A DNA stretch of 64,000 nt. Origin: an uncultured Candidatus Saccharibacteria bacterium (GTDB lineage: Bacteria > Patescibacteriota > Doudnabacteria > UBA920). The stretch is taken from NCBI GenBank assembly GCA_964561365.1, contig CAZLPF010000001.1:14581-78580 (forward strand), given 5' to 3'. The notes beneath the pieces are model-generated. The model did not search any database and was not told the origin of the DNA. It was given only the letters and a program-made list of their open reading frames with translations. Position 1 is the stretch's first letter; every line of letters begins with the position of its first letter. The translations under genes and the position numbers were made by a program. Positions 18,544 through 26,663 of this stretch are shown piece after piece.

Positions 18544-18777
18544 ATGATTCCAATCACCCCAATCAGCATCGAGAGCGTGAACCTCGCCATGGCGGCCGTT
18601 GGAGCCGTCGCGATTTCCGTGGGAGGCTTTAACACCGAATTGCGGTTTTGGAAACGGCTCGCCGCCGGTACTGCAGGAGTTGTTCTCCTGTTCGTAGTAC
18701 TGTTCGGCGGTCCCGACCCGCTCGTCTACCGGCTGCTCGAGAGCCGGTGTATCAACGGTCTCTGCCCCGGCATGTGA
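18544..18777 (+). CDS. Small 2-TM hypothetical protein
   Basis: AGGAGG SD before ATG 18544; two hydrophobic segments. Confidence 0.55.
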   Translation: MIPITPISIESVNLAMAAVGAVAISVGGFNTELRFWKRLAAGTAGVVLLFVVLFGGPDPLVYRLLESRCINGLCPGM

Positions 18778-18835
18778 GCCGGGCTGCTGGCCGTTAAACC
18801 AGGAAGCCGGGCCGCACGGCCCGGTGCTCCCCAGC

Positions 18836-19531
18836 TCACGCCACGGTGGTTCCGTGGAATTTTTTATTTCCCGAAAGAATCGTTCGTAGGTTTTTCATAT
18901 CCTTGCCGCCGGCGATGATGACCCGGAGCTTGTGTGCGGCTGCGAACTTGGCGGCCGTGGGGTCGAACGGTACGTTTTTGCCCGGCACCCAGCGGGTTCC
19001 CGTTATTTTCAGGAACGTTTTCCACGAGGCAGACTCGATCTTCTCGGCGTCCTTAAACGTACGGGGATCTTTCGTGTAAACGTAGTCGACGTTGCTTAAA
19101 TTTATGACGGTGTGAATGCCGTAAGTCTTCGCGAGCGCCACGGCGACGTAGTCCGTGCTGCGGCCAGGCTTGTAGCCTCCCGCCAAGAGGACGGGCCGCT
19201 TCCAGCCGGCGACCCGTTTCCCCGGGTCGGTGACGATGCTCGGGTGCGCGAGGGCGCCGAAGCAGAGGCGTACGAACTCAGCGTGGTACCTGGTCGTGTG
19301 AATGCCGAGCCAGTCGAGATCGGCGGACGTGGTCGCCGCTACGTTTTTGAGCGCGGCCTGGAACTGCCGGCAGAGCTTCCCGCCGCCGGTGATGATAATA
19401 AACTGATCGCCGCGGCGTGCGCCGCTGCGAATGAGTCCGATAAATTTTTTCAGGAAGTGGACGTCGGGCTCGCCGGTAGGGTTGATGAGTGAGCCGCCGA
19501 GGGAGATAACGTAGCGCTGGTTCGTGTTCAT
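18836..19531 (-). CDS. pyrH: Uridylate kinase (archaeal-type, short)
   Basis: VISLGGS, TGGG, DWLGI, PGRSTD, SNVDYVYTKDP, PFDPTAA. Confidence 0.92.
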   Translation of the reverse strand: MNTNQRYVISLGGSLINPTGEPDVHFLKKFIGLIRSGARRGDQFIIITGGGKLCRQFQAALKNVAATTSADLDWLGIHTTRYHAEFVRLCFGALAHPSIVTDPGKRVAGWKRPVLLAGGYKPGRSTDYVAVALAKTYGIHTVINLSNVDYVYTKDPRTFKDAEKIESASWKTFLKITGTRWVPGKNVPFDPTAAKFAAAHKLRVIIAGGKDMKNLRTILSGNKKFHGTTVA

Positions 19532-20487
19532 TTCGGGGGTTCGGTTACTGGCAGAGATGAGCTGGCGGTCGTGGCCGTCTCGGGGGCGGGCGGGATGACC
19601 GGCTCCAGCGGCGAGCGAGCGGCGCACGGGCTGCCGCGGGGGCAGGCGTAGGCCCGGCCGGGTATGCGGAGGTCGAGGTAGGACAGGGTGGCGAAGGTGG
19701 CGGGATCGAGCTGCCGGACGAGCTCCTGGAGGTTTTCGGCGGCGACCGCCAGGTCCACGGTACGGTCGAGCACGACCGCGTACCCGCTCGAGAGCGTGAG
19801 CAGGAAGCTCTCGGAGCTGCTCGAGAGCCGGACGGCGGTAACGCGGCCGGCTGCGGCCGGTTCTACCGCCACGATGGCAGCCTCGGCAGCGCCGAGGGCT
19901 TCGCCCGGCGCCACCGTGTCCCCCACCCGCGCCGGCAGCGCGGCGCCGAGCAGCTCGGGGGCGAGCGCCAGCTGCGGGGTGGCGGTGGCCGGGGTGCCGC
20001 TCGGTATGAGCTCGACGGCGGTCCCGTCGGTGGCTACGAGCCAAACGCCTTCCGTTGATTTCAGCGCGAAGCGCTCCCGGCGCTCGGTGAGGCGGACGTT
20101 CAGGCGGTTCGGCCAGCGGCGCGTGACGTGGACCGAGGCGACGGCGGGCACGTCGCGCTCGATAGCCTTCGCGAGCGCGCCGGTTCTGACGAAGGCCAGG
20201 TTCCGAGCCTGGAGCGCATGGGTGCTCAGGTAGCGCTCGGCGCTGCCGTTCGCCGCGCCGACCGAAGCGGTTTTTCCAGCCGAGACGTCTACCCCGCGCA
20301 CCGTGAGGGGATTTTCAAAAAATGTAAAGTACCCGGCCGCGGCCAGTACGAGCCCGGCCAGGAGGTAGCCGAGCGCCCGCCGGGCCCGGTTCGGCTCAGC
20401 CGGGGCGCGGCGGTAGGAGCGGCTGCGCCCGAGCTGCTGCTGGAAGCGGGGGCTCGAGAATCGAACTTTCGAGCCGGCGGCGCTCAC
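19528..20487 (-). CDS. FtsQ/DivIB-like cell division protein
   Basis: N-terminal TM, POTRA-like VHVTRRWPNRLNVRLTER, C-terminal YLDLR. Confidence 0.75.
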   Translation of the reverse strand: MSAAGSKVRFSSPRFQQQLGRSRSYRRAPAEPNRARRALGYLLAGLVLAAAGYFTFFENPLTVRGVDVSAGKTASVGAANGSAERYLSTHALQARNLAFVRTGALAKAIERDVPAVASVHVTRRWPNRLNVRLTERRERFALKSTEGVWLVATDGTAVELIPSGTPATATPQLALAPELLGAALPARVGDTVAPGEALGAAEAAIVAVEPAAAGRVTAVRLSSSSESFLLTLSSGYAVVLDRTVDLAVAAENLQELVRQLDPATFATLSYLDLRIPGRAYACPRGSPCAARSPLEPVIPPAPETATTASSSLPVTEPPK

Positions 20488-21677
20488 GGTTTCGGCCCCC
20501 CGCGGCGGCAGAGGAGCTCGGCTGCGCGCATGGGCTCGGCCATGATTTCACGGACCGCAATTTCGAGCTCGTCTCCCGGACGTCCGGCCATGAGGACGCC
20601 GGCGCCCGGCGGCAGCATATTTTGGAGAACCCGGCCGGCTTCGTCGGCCCGTTCAAAGGTAACGACGCGCTCAGGCTTGAGGCCCGCCGCTACGGCTGCG
20701 TCTGCCGCGTCTCTGCCGCGGCTTCCCACAGCGAGCAGGCGGTCAACCGAAGCTCCGGCCAGGAGCCTGCCGGCCGCGCCCGGATCGCCGGTGTCGCCGA
20801 CAACCGCGATGCGGTACCCTGCGCCCCCCCGCGTGAGCAGCTCGAGCGATTCTCTGAAGCTCTCGGGGTTCGTGTTTGCGGTGTCGTCGATTATGAGTGA
20901 CCGCTTTATGCCGGGCAAAGTGCTCTGGCGCCCGGGCAGCGCCCGGAGCTGGCGGAGGCCTTTTTCGGTCAGGTCGGGCGAAAGCTGCAGTGCTTCGGCT
21001 GCTGCGGCGCCGGCGAGCACGGCGCGGGTAAACGAGGGGGCGGGCGAGCGGAGCGGGAGCGTCATGGTCAGGTTCTCGCCCGTGACCGTGAGGTCGGATC
21101 CCGAGGCCGCGCCGCGCACGGAGTCTTTTTTCCCCGTGCCGTAGGTCGCAATACGCCTGTCTTTTGATTGTTCACCCGGCACGGTTGCCTCGCCATTCGC
21201 AATCAGTACCCCATGTTCCGGCAGGTGTTCGCTGAGCCGCTGGAGTTCGGCGAACGGATCAGAACTTTCTGGGCTCAGCGGCTCTGGGGCGGCTCCGAGC
21301 GCGGTGACCACGAGGCAGCGGATTTCGCAGGTGTCGAGGACCGCTGAAACCGCGGCTGCGCTCGGCGGCACCTCGAAAACGAGAGCCGCGGGGTAGCCGG
21401 AGAGGTTCAGCGCGCGCAGGTAACCGCGGGCTGCGGCGAGTACCCAGCCGAGCGGCGTTTCCGGTACCCGCGCCTCGCCGAGCGCCAGCGCGTAGAAGCC
21501 TTCGCTCCAGGGAGCTTCGCTGTCCTGCGCGCGGGTATGGTGCGAGAGCGAGAGCGCGGCCAAGACGCCCGAGGCGGCCGTTGATTTCCCCGCGCTGCCG
21601 AAGACGGCAACGGCAATGGGCCGCCGCTCCCGGCAGGCGGCGCGCGCGGCGGCGCGGACGAGGCTTCGGGCGAACAC
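20484..21677 (-). CDS. Divergent MurF-like Mur ligase
   Basis: AVFGSAGKST P-loop, LPGR, IIDDTANTNPES; GTG start with GGGAGG SD; several motifs eroded. Confidence 0.7.
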   Translation of the reverse strand: MFARSLVRAAARAACRERRPIAVAVFGSAGKSTAASGVLAALSLSHHTRAQDSEAPWSEGFYALALGEARVPETPLGWVLAAARGYLRALNLSGYPAALVFEVPPSAAAVSAVLDTCEIRCLVVTALGAAPEPLSPESSDPFAELQRLSEHLPEHGVLIANGEATVPGEQSKDRRIATYGTGKKDSVRGAASGSDLTVTGENLTMTLPLRSPAPSFTRAVLAGAAAAEALQLSPDLTEKGLRQLRALPGRQSTLPGIKRSLIIDDTANTNPESFRESLELLTRGGAGYRIAVVGDTGDPGAAGRLLAGASVDRLLAVGSRGRDAADAAVAAGLKPERVVTFERADEAGRVLQNMLPPGAGVLMAGRPGDELEIAVREIMAEPMRAAELLCRRGGPKP

Positions 21678-21688
21678 GGCCGGCCTCC

Positions 21689-23038
21689 CTAGGGCTTTCC
21701 GCCGCGGGGCGTGAGCGTATCTTTGCCGACGTAGGGGCGGAGCACCTCGGGCACCGTGACGCTGCCGTCCGCGTTCTGAAAGTTTTCGAGTATGGGAATG
21801 AGGATGCGGGGGCTGGCCACCGCGGTGTTGTTGAGGGTGTAGACGTGGCGGAGCTTCCCGTCCGCGGCGCGGTAGCGGATGTTCAGGCGCCGCGCCTGCC
21901 AGTCGGTGAGGTTCGAGTCTGAGTGCGTTTCGCCGTAGCTCTTCTTGCTCGGCATCCACGTTTCAATGTCGTACATTTTGTACTTGCCCGCGCCCATGTC
22001 GCCGGTGGCTATGTTGAGCACGCGGTACGGGAGCTGGAGGTCTTCGAGCACCTCCTGGGCAATTTCCCGCAGCCCCTCGAGCCACTGGTCGGACTCGGCC
22101 ACGTCGGCCTTGCAGAGGATGACCTGCTCGACCTTCATGAACTCGTGGACGCGGTAAATACCCTTCGTGTCCTTACCGTAGCTGCCGACCTCCCCGCGGA
22201 AGCACGGCGAAATGCCGCAGAGCTTCAGGGGAAGATCTTTCTCCTCGAGCACCGCGCCCTCGTAGTAGGCCAGGAGGTTCGGTTCGGAGGTCCCGGAAAG
22301 GTAGCGCGGTTCGTGGGCTTCCACGCCGTCGCCGCTGACCACGCGGAACTGGTCGGCGCGCCCGAACGGGAAGTGCCCGCTGCCGAAGAAGGCGAAGGCG
22401 CGGGTGAAGACCGGCGGGGCCATGAGCGTGAAGCCTTTGGCCTGGAGCTTCTTGAGCGCGTGCCACAGCACCCCGTAGTGGAGCAGCACCGCCTCGTTCT
22501 TCAGGTAGTAGCCGCGGAAGCCCGCGGTCTTTACCCCGGCTTCGGTGTCGAGCAGGTCGAGCGCCGTGGCGAGCTCGACGTGGTCTTTCGGCGTGAAGTC
22601 GAATTTCGTGGGAACCTCGGCTACCTTGGCGGCGTCTTTCGGGTCGACGCGGCCGGTTTTGGGCGACCAGTAGCTCCACGGCACGTTCGAGCGTTCGTCC
22701 GGCCCCACCGGCGTTTCCGTGCTCGGAATGTTCGGGACCAGGTACATGAGCTCGCCGTAGCGCTCTTCGACGGGTTTGAGCTGCGCGTGGATTTCGTCGG
22801 CGCGGCGGTCAACCTCCTTCATTTCGAGGAGCTTGGCCTGCTTGTCCTCGCCCCCGAGCCCCGGCAAGATCTTCGAAGCCTGGTTCTTGCTGGCCTGGAG
22901 GCTTTCGATTTCCTGGGTTAGGGTTCGCCGCCGCTGGTCCAAATCTAAAAGTTCGCCGAGGTCGAGGTCGATGCCTTTCTTCTCTACGGCGTCACGGACG
23001 GCAGCTTCATTTTCGCGGATGAATTTGATGTCGAGCAT
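21689..23038 (-). CDS. serS: Serine--tRNA ligase
   Basis: MLDIKFIREN, GTSE, CFRGE, RVHEFMKVEQ, YDIETWMP, ETHSDSN, TLNNTAVASPR. Confidence 0.97.
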   Translation of the reverse strand: MLDIKFIRENEAAVRDAVEKKGIDLDLGELLDLDQRRRTLTQEIESLQASKNQASKILPGLGGEDKQAKLLEMKEVDRRADEIHAQLKPVEERYGELMYLVPNIPSTETPVGPDERSNVPWSYWSPKTGRVDPKDAAKVAEVPTKFDFTPKDHVELATALDLLDTEAGVKTAGFRGYYLKNEAVLLHYGVLWHALKKLQAKGFTLMAPPVFTRAFAFFGSGHFPFGRADQFRVVSGDGVEAHEPRYLSGTSEPNLLAYYEGAVLEEKDLPLKLCGISPCFRGEVGSYGKDTKGIYRVHEFMKVEQVILCKADVAESDQWLEGLREIAQEVLEDLQLPYRVLNIATGDMGAGKYKMYDIETWMPSKKSYGETHSDSNLTDWQARRLNIRYRAADGKLRHVYTLNNTAVASPRILIPILENFQNADGSVTVPEVLRPYVGKDTLTPRGGKP

Positions 23039-23050
23039 ATCGGTACAGCG

Positions 23051-23995
23051 TTAGCTTACTGCTGAGAGGGCGGCTTCGGCAATCTCGCGGTCGCCGGGGA
23101 GAAACTCGTGGCTACTCAAATCAGAGCGGGAGACGAACTTCAGTTCGGAAACCTTCGGGTCGAGGCCGACCTGGGGTTCGCCTGAGGCGACCTCGCAGCG
23201 GTAGCCGAGGAGTATGACGTGCATCTCACCGCCGTCTTTCCGCTTCCAGGTGGTGTGCTCGAGCTTCGGGAGGAGCTGGACCGCCCGCACGGTGACGCCG
23301 GTTTCCTCGAGCGCCTCGCGCTCCGCGGCCCGGGCCGGGTCTTCGCCGTACCCGATTTTCCCGGCCGGTAGCTCCCACCGGCCGTCGGCGTCCGGTATGG
23401 CGGTGTCGCGCCGTTTGGAAATGAGAATTGTTCCGTCCCGCACGACCGCGGCGACTGCCACGGCGACCTGCGTGCGTTCGCCGCCGCGAAAGGCGGCAAT
23501 GCCGGCGCGGACTTCGTCGGCCACCGTTTCAATGCAGTCGTAGCTCGCGATTTCTTCGCCGCTGACCCAGGCCGCGTCGGTGAACGAGCCCGGCTCCGGC
23601 GTCACCTCACCGCCCGCGTAGGCGGCGGCCATCTTCACGCAGACCACCGGCACGCCGTCCGGCCGAACGAAGGCAATGCTCCTGAGGTACCTGAATTCTC
23701 CGGCGAGCTCGACGCCCGCTTCCTCGCGGGCCTCTCGCCGGCAGAGCGCTTCCACCGCGTTATCGAAGTCGAGCACGTCGCCGTTGAAGCGCGTCGGGTT
23801 CTTGAGGTCGAGGCTCGACCACTCCATCTTGCCGCCGGCGAGCCCCCACTTGCCGGGGTGCGTGACTTCGCGCTCGTGGCGCTTCAAGATGAGCGATCGG
23901 CCGTCGTCTTTGCGGACAATGACCACGGTGGCGACGAAGTAGAACAGCTTGTGCTGCTTGGCCTTCTCGAGCGAAATTTCGGTGGCGTGAGGCAT
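23051..23995 (-). CDS. Tandem (double) NUDIX hydrolase
   Basis: Two Nudix boxes: GGK...REAREEAGV and AGK..GEDPARAAEREALEETGV. Confidence 0.88.
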   Translation of the reverse strand: MPHATEISLEKAKQHKLFYFVATVVIVRKDDGRSLILKRHEREVTHPGKWGLAGGKMEWSSLDLKNPTRFNGDVLDFDNAVEALCRREAREEAGVELAGEFRYLRSIAFVRPDGVPVVCVKMAAAYAGGEVTPEPGSFTDAAWVSGEEIASYDCIETVADEVRAGIAAFRGGERTQVAVAVAAVVRDGTILISKRRDTAIPDADGRWELPAGKIGYGEDPARAAEREALEETGVTVRAVQLLPKLEHTTWKRKDGGEMHVILLGYRCEVASGEPQVGLDPKVSELKFVSRSDLSSHEFLPGDREIAEAALSAVS

Positions 23996-24002
23996 GGGTT
24001 TG

Positions 24003-24596
24003 CTACCAGTTGAGCTGCTTGGCAATGGCGTCGAAGGCGATGCGGCGGTGGTTGTAGCGGTGGTTTTCTTCTTCGGTGAGCTCTTCGTAGTACTTGCCGA
24101 GCTCGGGGAGCGTGAACAGCCGGTCCCACGGGTACCCTTCCGTCGAGTCGCCCCCGTAGCGGTTATCGGTGAGCTGGCCGACGATGATACCCTCGGCGGT
24201 AATGGTCTTGGTGCCGTCGGCGTAGGCGAGAACCGCCCGCAGCTGCGCCTGGCGCTCCCCTTCGGGAATAGCCTTCACCTTTTCGTGGATGAATTGGTCG
24301 TAGTGCGCGTCGTGCTTGCCGCGCCCGTCCCAGCGTTTCGTATGAACGCCGGGCTCCATATGGTAAAAAGGGATCTCAATGCCGCTGTCGTCGGCGAGCG
24401 TCGGCAGTCCGCTTATGCGCTCGTAGTGCTCCGCCTTGTGGCGGGCGTTCTCCTCGAAGGTTGCGTAGGGTTCGTGGACGTCTTCGGTGATGCCGACGTC
24501 GCCGAGGCTCACGAGCTCGAGGCTCGGGTAGCGCATCGCGAACTGGCGGTAGTCGCCGAGCTTGCCCCGGTTGAAGGTGGCGAGGAGGACGCGCAC
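24003..24596 (-). CDS. rdgB: Non-canonical purine NTP pyrophosphatase (Ham1/RdgB)
   Basis: ATFNRGK, ENARHKA, LADDSG, PGVHT, GYPWD, HRRIA. Confidence 0.88.
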   Translation of the reverse strand: MRVLLATFNRGKLGDYRQFAMRYPSLELVSLGDVGITEDVHEPYATFEENARHKAEHYERISGLPTLADDSGIEIPFYHMEPGVHTKRWDGRGKHDAHYDQFIHEKVKAIPEGERQAQLRAVLAYADGTKTITAEGIIVGQLTDNRYGGDSTEGYPWDRLFTLPELGKYYEELTEEENHRYNHRRIAFDAIAKQLNW

Positions 24597-24598
24597 GG

Positions 24599-26497
24599 CT
24601 ACTCCCCTGCCCCGTAGAGCGGGAAGCGCGCGGTCAGCCTCCTGACCTTTTCGCGCGGGCCGAACACGAGCACGCCGAAGTGCTCGACCTCTGACAGGTC
24701 TTTCTTGCCGGTTTGCTCTACGACTTTTTTATCGCTCGTTGTTTCGATCATCTCGCGGGTGAACTCGGCCACCTCGAGGCCCGCGGCCTTGGCCTCGGCG
24801 GCGAGCTGCTGGATGTCTGCGCTCGAGTCCGCCTGCTTGATCATGATGGCGTGCTGGATGTTCAGCTTGATGCGCTTTTTGTCTTTCGTTTCTATTTCGT
24901 CCTTCATGAGCAGGCGGCGGCCGCTCCGCGCGCCGAAGGCGGCGTTCAGGTGCGCCACCGTGTTCAGCTCCTGCCAGGGCTCGAGCTTTGCGCCGCGGTT
25001 TATGAGCGCTACGGCCTCGCTGCCGCCGGTCTTTTTGCCGTCGCCCGCGCCGCGCATGTGGGGGAAGGTCACGGTTTCGCGGATGGACTTGTTCATGAGG
25101 AAGGCGAAAAACCGTTCTGACATGCCGAAGCCGAAGGCCGGCGGCATGCCGTACTCGAGCGCGGTGACGAAGTCTTCGTCGAGCATCTGGGCCTCGGCGT
25201 CGCCCTGGGCCCTCAGGCGCATCTGCTCTTCAAAGCGGGCGCGCTGGTCGTCGGCATCGTTGAGCTCGGCGAATGCGTTGCAGAGCTCTGACCCCCCGGC
25301 CACGACCTGGAAGCGCAAGACTTTGCGCGGGTTGCCCGGGTCGCGCTTCGAGAGCGGCGAAATATCCACGGGGTGGCCGGTCAGGAAGCACGGCTGCACG
25401 AGCTTGGGCCGTACCGTGCGCTTGTAAATGGCGTCAATGAGCCGGCCGGAGCCCAAAGAACCGGTATCCGGCACGCCGAGGGTGGCAGCTTTCGCGCGGA
25501 GCTCCTGCAGCCCAGCGGTATTGAGGTCAACTCCCGCGTGTTCCCGGAGCAGGTCGAAGTAGTCCAAGCGCGGGAACGGTTTCGACCAGTCTATTTCGCT
25601 GCCTTCGTACTTCGTGACAGCAGCTCCGCAGACCTTGGCGACGATTCCTTTGAAGAGCTCCTCGGTCAGGCGCATGCCGTCCTCGTGGTCGGCGAAGGCC
25701 CAGTAGAACTCCACGTCGTCGTACTCTTGGAGGTGGTCGCGGTCCATGCCCTCGTTGCGGAACAGACGGCCGATCTCGAAGATCTTGTCGTAGCCGGCCA
25801 CGAGCAGGCGCTTTAGGGCCAGCTCGAGGGAAATGCGGAGGTAAAAATCTTCGCCGAGGGCGTTGTAGTGGGTAATGAAGGGCTCGGCGTCGGCGCCCCC
25901 GGGAATGTGCTCGAGCACCGGCGTCTGGACCTCGAGGAAGCCGCGCGAGACGAGGAAGTTCCGCACGGTCTGCCAGAAGACGTTCTTTTTTACGAAGAGG
26001 TCTTTGACGTCGGGGTTCATGAGGATGTCGAGGTAGCGCTGCCGAAGGCGCGTTTCTTCGTCGGCTAAACCGAAGTATTCGGCCGGCAGTGGCCGGAGGG
26101 CTTTGCCGAGCACAATCACGGTCTTGGCTTCGAGCGAGCGCTCCCCCGTTTTCGTCAGCGTGGTTTGGCCGGCGGCTTCCACGAAGTCCCCTGCGTCGAG
26201 CGTCTCGACGAGGAGCTTAAAGGCTTCAGTCCCGACGTTCTCTTCTCGAACGAGCAGCTGCAGTTTGCCGGTACCGTCGTCAATGTGGGCGAAAGCGAGC
26301 TTTCCCATAACCCGGATGCTTCGCACCCGGCCGGCGAGGGTAAGATTTTTGCCCGCGAGCGCATCAAATTTTTCAAGCACCTCGCGAATTTCGTGGTCGC
26401 GGTTCGTGTGCGCCGGGTACAGCGGCACGCCGGCTTCCCCAAGCTTTTTCAGCTTGCCGCGCCGCACGTTCATGATGTCGTCGAGCCGTTCAGACAT
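24599..26497 (-). CDS. lysS: Class II lysine--tRNA ligase with C-terminal DUF2000/PTH2-like domain
   Basis: OB fold, RQRYLD, EVQTP, YLRISLEL, FRNEG, ELCNAFAELND, EYGMPP, followed by a ~140-aa extension. Confidence 0.95.
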   Translation of the reverse strand: MSERLDDIMNVRRGKLKKLGEAGVPLYPAHTNRDHEIREVLEKFDALAGKNLTLAGRVRSIRVMGKLAFAHIDDGTGKLQLLVREENVGTEAFKLLVETLDAGDFVEAAGQTTLTKTGERSLEAKTVIVLGKALRPLPAEYFGLADEETRLRQRYLDILMNPDVKDLFVKKNVFWQTVRNFLVSRGFLEVQTPVLEHIPGGADAEPFITHYNALGEDFYLRISLELALKRLLVAGYDKIFEIGRLFRNEGMDRDHLQEYDDVEFYWAFADHEDGMRLTEELFKGIVAKVCGAAVTKYEGSEIDWSKPFPRLDYFDLLREHAGVDLNTAGLQELRAKAATLGVPDTGSLGSGRLIDAIYKRTVRPKLVQPCFLTGHPVDISPLSKRDPGNPRKVLRFQVVAGGSELCNAFAELNDADDQRARFEEQMRLRAQGDAEAQMLDEDFVTALEYGMPPAFGFGMSERFFAFLMNKSIRETVTFPHMRGAGDGKKTGGSEAVALINRGAKLEPWQELNTVAHLNAAFGARSGRRLLMKDEIETKDKKRIKLNIQHAIMIKQADSSADIQQLAAEAKAAGLEVAEFTREMIETTSDKKVVEQTGKKDLSEVEHFGVLVFGPREKVRRLTARFPLYGAGE

Positions 26498-26663
26498 GGC
26501 CGCATTGTACCAAAAAAATCGGCCTTACCGAAGCCTAATTTTGCACAGGTGACCAATCTATGGTCTGATAAAAACCTGGCACGCGAAAGCCTAAAAAGCT
26601 AGAATGACACGATAGTCCAAAAGGCTATCACCGCAAATTCCAAATTCGCAGGGGGATAGTCTT

